Shown here: piece after piece, positions 21,993 to 31,292 of the stretch
How positions within the stretch are numbered: position 1 is the stretch's first letter
How the letters are laid out: each line of letters starts with the position of its first letter
NCBI GenBank assembly: GCA_019058315.1
Contig: JAHPZH010000007.1
Coordinates: forward strand, 64,001 to 128,000
Reading direction: 5' to 3'
From: Candidatus Helarchaeota archaeon
GTDB taxonomy: Archaea; Asgardarchaeota; Lokiarchaeia; Helarchaeales; RDOG01
DNA length: 64,000 bases
Notes under the pieces: model-generated
What the model was told of the DNA's origin: nothing
The model's database searches: none
The model's input: only the letters and a program-made list of their open reading frames with translations
Made by a program: the position numbers and the translations under genes

Positions 21993-22068
21993 ACAACAAT
22001 TAAAATTCCTTTTTTTTGTATTGAATATTATTATAATATGTCATTGTAGAATTAATTGGTGAAATTTT

Positions 22069-22215
22069 TTGGTAAAAAAATGTTGTGTTAGTAATTGCCA
22101 AAAAGTGGTTAAAGAGGGAGAATATAAAGAAATTGGAGGAAAAATTTATTGTATTCAATGTGCAGTTCTTTTATATAGGGAGGTATTAGGTAATATGGGT
22201 GTTCAAATCGATTAG
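22069..22215 (+). CDS. Small LIM/TRASH-like zinc-finger protein (48 aa)
   Basis: Not in ORF track. GGTGA SD, TTG start; MVKKCCVSNCQKVVKEGEYKEIGGKIYCIQCAVLLYREVLGNMGVQID*. Confidence 0.75.
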   Translation: MVKKCCVSNCQKVVKEGEYKEIGGKIYCIQCAVLLYREVLGNMGVQID

Positions 22216-22219
22216 TTCT

Positions 22220-23104
22220 TCAACTTCTTAGGAAATATAACACTTTCCCCTTTGTTTCATCGTCTCCTAATTTGATTTGTCCTTGAACGTCTATTTTTGC
22301 ATTTTTACTTTTCACAGTGGACCAAGCTCCTAATTTACTTAATCCCTCAAAATTAAATAATATTTCTTGGCGTGATCTTAAATCTTCCATACCTTCTACT
22401 ACATTAGGTCCTTCTACTGTAATACGTTCTACTCCACTAAATCCACCCATTTCACGTGGACATGATACTACTAGTTTTTCAATCGGTTTCATTTGTTGTA
22501 TAAAATCTCTAATTACATAAGAGTAAATAGGAACACCTTCAATTTTAGTTTCTAATAATTCTTCTAGTAGTTTAAGACATAAATTTATTCTTATTTTAGA
22601 AACCCCTGATATTTGGATGTAACCATTATTACCTATCAAACACCTTATCCGTTCAATTGAATGATAAACATGAAATTTAAAACCGAGCTCTTCAGTAATT
22701 CTCGGAGATCCTTCAAAATCAAAAACAATATAAAGTCCCAACCCCTCAAATTTATCAAGAGTTAAATTAAAATCACTTTGGATTTTTTTATTCAATTCTT
22801 GAGTTATTTCTTCTTTAAATTCAACTAGATCTGCGATTTTTTCTATTTTTGAAGAATCATATCGATATAATATCCAATTTCTATTTTTAAGGTAGTTCTT
22901 CTCTTTTAATAACCATAAATCTTGAAACTGTTCAGTTGTTAATGTATTTCCTACTGTACTTTTAATAAGTTCAAATTTAGAAAGATTAGTTTCCTTAATC
23001 TTAAATTTCCAATCTTCTAGTAAATTAATTAAATCTTGGCGGTTGATTAGTTTAACTAAATGTCTTACCAATTCGTCTTTTAACTGTATTTTTGTTGATG
23101 ACAA
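22220..23104 (-). CDS. Hypothetical protein resembling kinetochore protein CENP-N/Chl4
   Basis: 294-aa ORF with AAGGTGG SD; colinear motif similarity to human CENP-N and fungal Chl4 (see findings). CDS is well supported; family is inferred by eye. Confidence 0.6.
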   Translation of the reverse strand: MSSTKIQLKDELVRHLVKLINRQDLINLLEDWKFKIKETNLSKFELIKSTVGNTLTTEQFQDLWLLKEKNYLKNRNWILYRYDSSKIEKIADLVEFKEEITQELNKKIQSDFNLTLDKFEGLGLYIVFDFEGSPRITEELGFKFHVYHSIERIRCLIGNNGYIQISGVSKIRINLCLKLLEELLETKIEGVPIYSYVIRDFIQQMKPIEKLVVSCPREMGGFSGVERITVEGPNVVEGMEDLRSRQEILFNFEGLSKLGAWSTVKSKNAKIDVQGQIKLGDDETKGKVLYFLRS

Positions 23105-23447
23105 TTAAACCACCTTATTTTTGAAATTTATAAATTATATGAGTTTGTAAATTTATTCTTCGAAATTATGTAAATAATTTTGTCGATATGTTAAAAAATT
23201 TAGTATTATCCTCATCCTTATAGTTTAAATTATTCTTAGCATCTTTTCTTAATTCATGAACTCTTATTAGTTTTTAAAATAAGTAATAATAAAATCATTA
23301 GAAAAAGATAAAATATGAAAAAATAATTTCAAATAAAACGAAACAAAATTAATTAGTTATAAATAATTAATGTTTTTAGAAGATCGATATCATTATAAAA
23401 TACCATAAAAATATTTCATATAACCAATTCACAAATAGGTATTAAAA

Positions 23448-23984
23448 ATGGGAACATACAAACTGAAGATGTTGCTTATTGGTGATGCTGCTGTTGGAAA
23501 AACATCACTGATAAAGAAATTCATCAAAGGTGCTTTCCAGAAAGATTACAAAATGACAATTGGTTGTGATATCTTTACAAAAGATGTTGAGTTGAATGAT
23601 GGTCAAGATCTCGTAACTCTATCTATTTGGGATATTGCAGGTCAAGATCGCTTTAAATTTTTCCGATCTTCATTCTATCGAGGTTCTGCAGGAGCTATGG
23701 TTGTATTTGATTTAACTCGTTATACTACATTCAACCCAAACGTTGTGAATTGGTTAAAGGAATTATGGTCATTTACTGGGCGAATTCCGATAGTAATTCT
23801 AGGTAATAAAGTAGATTTAATTAATATGAGGGCAGTACGTGCAAGTGACGCACAAGCTTTTGCAGATCAAGTTCCTTGTAATTATATAGAAACTTCCGCA
23901 AAAGAAGGACAATATGTGGATCAATCATTTGCAGCTTTAGCCATGAACATGTTACAAAATATGAAAAATAGAATGACCCCTTAA
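23448..23984 (+). CDS. Rab-like small GTPase (Ras superfamily)
   Basis: GDAAVGKTS, YKMTIGCD, WDIAGQDRF, GNKVD, ETSAK; no C-terminal prenylation Cys. Confidence 0.95.
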   Translation: MGTYKLKMLLIGDAAVGKTSLIKKFIKGAFQKDYKMTIGCDIFTKDVELNDGQDLVTLSIWDIAGQDRFKFFRSSFYRGSAGAMVVFDLTRYTTFNPNVVNWLKELWSFTGRIPIVILGNKVDLINMRAVRASDAQAFADQVPCNYIETSAKEGQYVDQSFAALAMNMLQNMKNRMTP

Positions 23985-24416
23985 TTATTCATTTTCTTCC
24001 TTTAACTTTTTAGATAATTCAACCGGTTTCTCATCCCCTTGAAACTTTACTTTTATTGTAGGTCCTATCCCTAAAATTTTTCGTTGTAAAACTATGAGAT
24101 CATTTCTTGAAAGTTTACTTCTTAATTGATTTTGAGAAATTAAATAGATCAAAGTTTCAGTAATTCTTTCTGCCACTTTTGGATATTTTGGTTTAAGTTC
24201 GTTTATATAATAAATATAAGCATCTGATTCTAAAACAGCTTTCATTATTTTTAGTTTCGCTTCTTCAGTTTCCCCCTCTTTCTTTTTTCTTTCTTCTTCA
24301 AGTAATTTTTGTTTTGATTCCTCTTCTTTAGCATTTACTAAACGTTTTTGAAATTGTTCTAGCCGTTTTTTACGAATTTTTTCTAATTCGTCATCATCTG
24401 TCATTTTAGTTACCAA
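23985..24416 (-). CDS. PDCD5-like DNA-binding protein
   Basis: DDELEKIRKKRLEQFQ... IMKAVLESDA... P.VAERI...LIYL. Confidence 0.75.
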   Translation of the reverse strand: MVTKMTDDDELEKIRKKRLEQFQKRLVNAKEEESKQKLLEEERKKKEGETEEAKLKIMKAVLESDAYIYYINELKPKYPKVAERITETLIYLISQNQLRSKLSRNDLIVLQRKILGIGPTIKVKFQGDEKPVELSKKLKEENE

Positions 24417-24563
24417 TTGTAAATTTTCATTTCTTCTAAATATTCAATTTAAATATAGTAATTTAAAGAATTTTATTTGAAATTTTTCTGTTTGAATGAA
24501 AAAGAAATTTTCAGATAAATAATGTAATTTATTATTAAAAAATGCTTATAGGATGGAGATTTA

Positions 24564-25862
24564 TTGTCCCAAAATGAAAAAATTATCGGCTCGGAAAGTC
24601 AAAGAGCCTTGATTAAAATGTATTCTGCTTATGTTAATAAATATAAGGCATCCTTTTTTAAAGATGTTCGGTTGGATATTGTTCAAGGTGAAAGATCCCG
24701 TTTACATATAAAGATGTTAGAAGGAAGAAAAAAAGGGGAAGCTCCCTTAGATTTAATTGATTGCAGAACTAGTGGAGGAGTATTTAATCTTGGACATGGA
24801 CATCCTGAAATAATAAAGACATTAAAAAAAGGAATAGATGCAGGTTTGGATATTGGTGATCATCATGTTATTAGTGAACAAAGGGCTCTTCTTGCAAAGG
24901 AGCTAGCTGAATTACTTCCTGGAGATATCTCAAAAACCCAATATTGTGTTGGTGGCGGAGAAGCTATAGATTTAGCAATAAAATTAGCAAGGGGAATAAC
25001 TAAAAGAAAAAAAATCATATCAGCAGAAGGAGGATATCATGGAGTGACAGGTTTTGCACTTGGTGCAGGAGATCCAAAATTCAAAGACACTTTTCTCTGG
25101 AATCTTCCCGATTTTCAACAAGTTCCATTTGGTGATATTGAAAGTATTAAGAAAGTAATTAATAATGATGTTGCTTGCGTAATTATGGAGACAATACAGG
25201 CAACTGGAGGTATTAAAATACCTTCTGAAGGATATTTCGCTACTATTAGGGAAATATGCGATGATATGGGAGTTATAATGATTGCAGATGAGGTCCAAAC
25301 TGGCCTTGGTAGAACAGGTGCAATGTGGGCTATTCATGGAGGTTTATATGAAACTGAAAAAGTAGTTCCCGATATTATTGTACTTGCTAAAGGGATGAGT
25401 GCTGGTTATTACCCGATGGCGACTTGTAGTTATAAACCATTTATAGAGGAAGTCTTTAAAGATGACCCTTTTTTACATATTAGTACAACTGGTGGCTCTG
25501 AACTTGGCTGTTATGTTACCAGAAAAATGCTGAAAATTATCTCTCAACAAAAATTTCTGAATCATGTAAAAGAAATGGGTATTTTATTTGGTAAAGGTTT
25601 GAACGAATTAATGGAAAAATATTCAGATTTAGTTGTAGATGTAAGGGGACGTGGTTTGATGTGGGGTGTTGAGTTTATTAATGAAATTTATGGACAATTC
25701 TTTACTCTAAATATGATAAAGAGCGGGGTTTTTGCTGATTATTGCGGAAATGATAAGGCTACAAATAAATTAATGCCCCCGTTAATTATTGAACCTGAGG
25801 ATGTTAACGAAATAATGAGCCGTCTTGATAAGGCTCTGAGTTTGTTCCCTAAAAAGAAATAA
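24564..25862 (+). CDS. Class III PLP aminotransferase
   Basis: NLGHGHP, GGEAIDLAIK, YHG, DEVQTGLGRTG, AKG, RGRGLMWG. Confidence 0.92.
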   Translation: MSQNEKIIGSESQRALIKMYSAYVNKYKASFFKDVRLDIVQGERSRLHIKMLEGRKKGEAPLDLIDCRTSGGVFNLGHGHPEIIKTLKKGIDAGLDIGDHHVISEQRALLAKELAELLPGDISKTQYCVGGGEAIDLAIKLARGITKRKKIISAEGGYHGVTGFALGAGDPKFKDTFLWNLPDFQQVPFGDIESIKKVINNDVACVIMETIQATGGIKIPSEGYFATIREICDDMGVIMIADEVQTGLGRTGAMWAIHGGLYETEKVVPDIIVLAKGMSAGYYPMATCSYKPFIEEVFKDDPFLHISTTGGSELGCYVTRKMLKIISQQKFLNHVKEMGILFGKGLNELMEKYSDLVVDVRGRGLMWGVEFINEIYGQFFTLNMIKSGVFADYCGNDKATNKLMPPLIIEPEDVNEIMSRLDKALSLFPKKK

Positions 25863-25874
25863 TGAGAGGATCAA

Positions 25875-26837
25875 ATGAAAATTAATTCTGATCTAATAAA
25901 AAAATTAGAATATACCATTGATACTATCCATCCAGAAAGAGGAAAAGTCCCAATTAAAGTCCTTGGCTTCGGAGAGATAAGCCTAGTTTTTGAACTTATT
26001 GATGATCCTCAAAATATTGCTTATAAGAGACTTCCAATTTTTGATTCAGAAAGACAAGTAAAAAGGCACATTAAGGCATATAAAGAATACCATAGAATTT
26101 TAAAGGACGAAATTGGAATTAATGTTCCAGATTATGACGCAATATGGATAAAAAATCCAAAGGGAATAATTACATTATACTGTGCGCAAGAAAAAGTTCC
26201 TCCTAATTCAATTGGTAATAAAATTATTCATGAACTCCCAAATAAAGATGTAAAAAAATTAGTTCTGCTTGTTATGAATGAAATGAATAAAATTTGGCAA
26301 TATAATAAACAAAATAATAAGATAGAAGTAGGATTTGACGGGCAAATCTCTAATTTTGCTTTAATTGGCTACGATCCAAGTAATCCTAGTATTCCCAAAA
26401 ACCCTAAATTAGTTTATTTAGACACAAGCACACCGCTATATAGAAAAAATGGAATTGAAGCAATGGATGCGGAATTGTTTTTAAAAAGTGCTCCTTTTTT
26501 TCTGAAATGGCTTCTAAAAGCTCTATTTCTTCAAGAAGTTTTAGACCGTTATTATGATTGGCGATTAGTTACAATAGATTTAATTGCTAATTTCTTTAAA
26601 GAACAGAGATCCGAGCTAATTCCTGGATTAATTAAAGCAATTAACAATTTTTTTGCTCATAATGCAAAAGAATTTGATATTAATCCTATAACTTTGAAAG
26701 AAGTCTCAGATTATTATAAAGGTGATAAACAGATTTGGGAAATATTCCAATTTACGAGAAGGATTGATCGTTTTATTAAAGTAAAATTACTAAGGAAGCA
26801 ATATGACTTTTATTTACCAGAGAAAATTAAGAGGTAA
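25875..26837 (+). CDS. DUF6206-like protein, kinase-like motifs
   Basis: LGFGEISLVF, AYKR, GFDGQISNF, YLDTSTP. Confidence 0.7.
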   Translation: MKINSDLIKKLEYTIDTIHPERGKVPIKVLGFGEISLVFELIDDPQNIAYKRLPIFDSERQVKRHIKAYKEYHRILKDEIGINVPDYDAIWIKNPKGIITLYCAQEKVPPNSIGNKIIHELPNKDVKKLVLLVMNEMNKIWQYNKQNNKIEVGFDGQISNFALIGYDPSNPSIPKNPKLVYLDTSTPLYRKNGIEAMDAELFLKSAPFFLKWLLKALFLQEVLDRYYDWRLVTIDLIANFFKEQRSELIPGLIKAINNFFAHNAKEFDINPITLKEVSDYYKGDKQIWEIFQFTRRIDRFIKVKLLRKQYDFYLPEKIKR

Positions 26838-26889
26838 TCCAGTTCGGTAATAGAATGGAAAATATTAAAAAAAATGAAAGTTTTTTTAT

Positions 26890-27444
26890 TCAAACTCTTT
26901 CACGTAAGGTAATCTTCTTTTTTTGGACAATATCTAATATTTCGTGTCCCCATTTCTCAAAATTCTCTTTCTTGGACGTATACCATTTCTGTTTCGATAG
27001 TAATTCATATAATTTGAGACAATTTTCCACCCCCTTCAGTTCTAGCCGAAGATTCTTACCCTTATTTGTCTCGTAAGGACCATACATGTTAATTCCATTT
27101 TTTTTAAAGAAAATCTTTATTTGATTTACAACTCGAAGGTCATTTTCGTTAAAAGTCAAGAAAAAAGTAGGTCGAGGAAAATAATATGAAATTTTTGGTG
27201 AACGAAGCTTAATTTGGATTAATAAATTTCTAAGTTCTTCTAATGATAATTCTTTTATCTTTTCACTTGTAATATAGTCAAGCTTACCATCATGTATGAT
27301 TTCACGGATGATATCATTTTTCTCCAAACTGTTGATATATGCTAAAGTATATTTCTTTCTAGATGTCGAGATTTTTTGAAGTGGAATGGAAAAACATCCC
27401 TTAGCTTCTACAAAACCTATTAACCATATAATTTCAATATCCAA
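26890..27444 (-). CDS. Single-motif LAGLIDADG-family protein, probably catalytically degenerate
   Basis: WLIGFVEAKGCFSI, PTFFLTF...D..V...IK.FF, KKENFEKW. Confidence 0.7.
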   Translation of the reverse strand: MDIEIIWLIGFVEAKGCFSIPLQKISTSRKKYTLAYINSLEKNDIIREIIHDGKLDYITSEKIKELSLEELRNLLIQIKLRSPKISYYFPRPTFFLTFNENDLRVVNQIKIFFKKNGINMYGPYETNKGKNLRLELKGVENCLKLYELLSKQKWYTSKKENFEKWGHEILDIVQKKKITLRERV

Positions 27445-27587
27445 ATCGCATTATTCCTTATTTTATAAATTTTATAATTATTTTTTTGTCTATGATTATA
27501 GACAAAACAAGTCTTATATAGATCTCCCCTCAAAAATCAAACAAGAAGAATTACTTATTGAATATTAATAACTTTAAGGTAATTTAA

Positions 27588-29732
27588 ATGCAAACTGGTA
27601 GAAAAGCAAAATGGCTAAGATTGCCTTGTATTAGATGTGCAACAGAAATTCCAGAGTTAATTGAGGGTGTAACCCTTCGATGTTTGCAGTGTGGTTCTGA
27701 CAATACTTTTACAGAGTCGTCTAAATTCTTAGAAAAGCTTTCAAAAGATCATTTAGGCTCAGTTCCAAGTATTGATTTCATCAAAGATCCGGATAAGAGA
27801 GGTACTGCTATACAGACAAGAATGCAAAAATTACAAACTTATTACAATACAATGGATAAAGATTTCGAAGATCTCCAAAAACATGCAATTGTTGCAACCC
27901 CATTAGAGAAATATGGTGTAAGCGGAAGAAAAATTCTTGGATTAACTCAAGGATATAATACAGTTGCAACTTTAATTAGAAATTATGTATTACCCCTAGC
28001 TTTGACTCAAGAAGAATTGGTCCCAGCTCAAGAATTATACTTCAATTCTGCTTATAGAGCATCCCTTAATTTAGGAACATTTCACACAATTGAAGCAAGA
28101 AGAGCTGAATCCAACAAAGATGCAACTAAAAAATACGATAATGCGTCACGAAATTTTAACAAAGCTTCAGAAACAGCACAACATGCTATCGATGCCGGAT
28201 TTGAAGAATTTAGGGCAAAAAAAGCGGTTTCAGATGCTTCATCTAACTATTCCACCGGATTATCAAGTATTACACGTGGTAATCCTGATTATGGCACTCG
28301 GAAATTCAAACAAGTAAGATCTCTATTAGAAGATGTTTTGAGTAGAGAACCCCGTTCTAAGATTGACCATGTTAGAGTAGGAATGATTGTTTCATTACAA
28401 CCATCAGTGAAAATGATCCTTAAACAGCTAAAAGAAGGTAAAAAAGTACGAGAAGCTTCAAAAGTTAGGCTATATCCATTAGATAAATCAAAAGAAATCG
28501 TGGATACTGTTCGTGAAACTAAAGAATGGATTGTAAAACAGAAAGACAGATTTGATGGTATTTTAAAATTTTATTATGATTTAAATTACGGTGAGAAATT
28601 AGACTATACTGATCGATATATTGAAAGGTTTGATGAATTTTTTAAGAACGCACAGACTGTTTTTGATGAAACTGTTCGCGATATCATTACTAATCTCTCA
28701 GATGAATATAATTTCAAGGTAGGTCAATTATACCGGAGGTTAGAAGCAGCTGCAAGAGCAGCGGTATTGCCTGGTGAATCTACTCGTGAACAATTTGAAG
28801 AAGGAAGGCGGGAACTCGAGGCAATTGATGACTTATACAAATCTGTTATGGCAACATTAATTGATGCAACTTATTCTGTCAAAAAAACCGAATTTGCAGG
28901 AACTGCAGACCTCTCCATTAAAAAAGCACACGCTCAATTTGATGACTTAGTTAGAATGGCAATCACGCAACTAATTTTAGATTTTGATGAAAGTACTCAA
29001 CGTGTTTTTGACCGATTGGTACCAATTGCTGATGGAGCAAAGATGCCTGGTGATGAAACAGTTGAATACGTTCGTGATGCACGCGCAGAAGTTGATTCAT
29101 TAGGTTTTACTATATCATCTCTTGTAGATGTTTCCTATACTGTCAAGAGAAAAGAATTCATGGAGAGAATTAAAGCGGTTCAGAAGAAACAAAGAGAACG
29201 ATTCGATACTGTAGTTCGTCGAGCAATACACTCTTTAATTGGAGATTATTATCTCTCAGGTAAAAAAATAGTAGTAACCGCAACACCTATTGCCAGAGCA
29301 GCAGGAGCTCTTGGTGAACGTGCTATAGAGGAACTTACAGAAGCAAAAAAAGATATTGATTCAATTGATGACTCATTAGAAGATTCAATCAATCAACTCA
29401 TTTCATCTGGTTATAATGTGAAACGATATGAATTCCATGAAGATATAATGTTATCACAAATGAATAGAGATCGTGATTTCACAGATTCTATTAGAACTGC
29501 CGTCGAGAGCTTGTTAACATTTACTGCAATGCCTCGATGGAAGATGATTCGCATACGAAAAGACCTAATCTCAAAAGGCGAAACTGCCATGGCAAGAGGA
29601 AAATACGCACTCGCATCTCGTTATTTTGCCGATGCTGCCAAATTATCCTCTGAACTTGGCGAAGTAGACAAAGCAAAAGAGCTAGAAGAACGTGCTCGTG
29701 GTATGGAAAGACTTGCATCTATGATTGGCTAA
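27588..29732 (+). CDS. Zn-ribbon plus alpha-helical repeat protein (714 aa)
   Basis: CxxC..CxxC N-terminus; TPR-like helices; three tandem ~90-aa repeats; C-terminal helical hairpin. Confidence 0.8.
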   Translation: MQTGRKAKWLRLPCIRCATEIPELIEGVTLRCLQCGSDNTFTESSKFLEKLSKDHLGSVPSIDFIKDPDKRGTAIQTRMQKLQTYYNTMDKDFEDLQKHAIVATPLEKYGVSGRKILGLTQGYNTVATLIRNYVLPLALTQEELVPAQELYFNSAYRASLNLGTFHTIEARRAESNKDATKKYDNASRNFNKASETAQHAIDAGFEEFRAKKAVSDASSNYSTGLSSITRGNPDYGTRKFKQVRSLLEDVLSREPRSKIDHVRVGMIVSLQPSVKMILKQLKEGKKVREASKVRLYPLDKSKEIVDTVRETKEWIVKQKDRFDGILKFYYDLNYGEKLDYTDRYIERFDEFFKNAQTVFDETVRDIITNLSDEYNFKVGQLYRRLEAAARAAVLPGESTREQFEEGRRELEAIDDLYKSVMATLIDATYSVKKTEFAGTADLSIKKAHAQFDDLVRMAITQLILDFDESTQRVFDRLVPIADGAKMPGDETVEYVRDARAEVDSLGFTISSLVDVSYTVKRKEFMERIKAVQKKQRERFDTVVRRAIHSLIGDYYLSGKKIVVTATPIARAAGALGERAIEELTEAKKDIDSIDDSLEDSINQLISSGYNVKRYEFHEDIMLSQMNRDRDFTDSIRTAVESLLTFTAMPRWKMIRIRKDLISKGETAMARGKYALASRYFADAAKLSSELGEVDKAKELEERARGMERLASMIG

Positions 29733-29949
29733 AATTAAATTTTTCTATTTTTAATTTCTTTTTTTTAAAAATTCCTTAAATATGTTATTTTGAAGAATTT
29801 TCTTTTTTTGCTCGAATATTTCACAAATTTTAAATCCAATTTAAATATGTTTATATGCAATAATTCTAAAAGAATTAAAAACCAAAAATAATTGAATAAT
29901 TGAAATCTAAAACTAAAAAAAATTAAAATAATACCGAGACGAGCTGAAA

Positions 29950-31176
29950 ATGGCAAATTTACAAGTCCTTAAGTATAATTACACTCCAATTGAAAAACAA
30001 GAGATTGAAATAGTTGAAAGGAAAGGTAAAGGGCACCCAGATACACTTTGTGATGCAAGTGTTGAGAATTTAAGTCGGAAATTATCCCAATACTATTTGG
30101 ATCATTATGGAGTTATTTTACATCATAATGTAGATAAATGTTCTTTAGCGGGAGGAAGATCTGAACCAGTATTTGCAAATGTTGACCCAAATGGTGGAGA
30201 AATTATAACACCAATCTATATTTGTGTAATTGGTCGGGCTACTGCTGATATTTTAAAGGAAGGAAAGTTAGATAGAATTCCAATTGACGTATTATCCCGA
30301 GAAGCAGTTTTAGAAAATGTTAAAGAGTCTGTTAGGAATTTAGATACCGCAAAACATTTACAAATTGACTCGAAAGTCTTTCAAGGAAGTGGAGATTTAG
30401 TTACGCTTTTCGGTCATAAAGATCAAATTCCTCTAAGTAACGATACTTCATTCGGTGTCGGATTTGCTCCTTTTTCTGAAACGGAAAATTTAGTATTTGA
30501 TGTGGAACAATTTTTAAATTCTCCAAGTACTCATAAGAGAATTCCAGCCATTGGGGAAGATATTAAAGTTATGGGACTACGCCAACGCGATAAGATTCAT
30601 CTTACAGTAGCTATAGCAATGGTTGCAAAAGAATGCGATGATGTAGATGCATATATGAATATAAAAAATCAAATAAAGAATGAAATTTTAGACCTCGCCG
30701 CAAAATCAACGAAATATGAGGTTGCTTGTGATGTTAATAGAGCCGATATCCCGGAAAAAGGAAGTGTATATATAACGGTTACAGGAACATCCTCTGAAAG
30801 CGGTGATGATGGACAAGTAGGACGTGGAAATCGAGTAAATGGAATAATTACACCATGTCGTCCAATGAGTCTTGAGGCTAGTGCTGGAAAAAACCCCGTA
30901 AACCATGTGGGTAAATTATATAATGTATTGGCTAACGAGATTGCTGATGAAATTGTGTGCAAGGTAAAAGGTGTGAATGAAGCTTATCTAAGATTATTAA
31001 GTCAAATTGGCAAACCCATATCTGAACCTCTAGTAGCATTCGCGTCCCTTTTAACAGAAGAAGGTAGCGCATGGAACGTGATTAAAAGTGAATCAGAAGC
31101 AATAATAAATCAAGAACTACAAAGTATTACAGATCTTACAAGAAAATTCTTAGAAAAGAAAGTTACAGTCTGCTAA
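29950..31176 (+). CDS. mat: Archaeal-type methionine adenosyltransferase
   Basis: EIVERKGKGHPD, NDTSFGVG, GEDIKVMG, GRGNRVNG, AGKNPVNHVGK. Confidence 0.96.
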   Translation: MANLQVLKYNYTPIEKQEIEIVERKGKGHPDTLCDASVENLSRKLSQYYLDHYGVILHHNVDKCSLAGGRSEPVFANVDPNGGEIITPIYICVIGRATADILKEGKLDRIPIDVLSREAVLENVKESVRNLDTAKHLQIDSKVFQGSGDLVTLFGHKDQIPLSNDTSFGVGFAPFSETENLVFDVEQFLNSPSTHKRIPAIGEDIKVMGLRQRDKIHLTVAIAMVAKECDDVDAYMNIKNQIKNEILDLAAKSTKYEVACDVNRADIPEKGSVYITVTGTSSESGDDGQVGRGNRVNGIITPCRPMSLEASAGKNPVNHVGKLYNVLANEIADEIVCKVKGVNEAYLRLLSQIGKPISEPLVAFASLLTEEGSAWNVIKSESEAIINQELQSITDLTRKFLEKKVTVC

Positions 31177-31292
31177 ATTTTTATATTATTTATTCTTACC
31201 CTATTTTTTAAAAATAAAACTAAAAAATTAAGGGGAATTTAGATCAGATTTGATATTATATTTTCTTTTTCAAATTTTAGGTTTAAATAATT

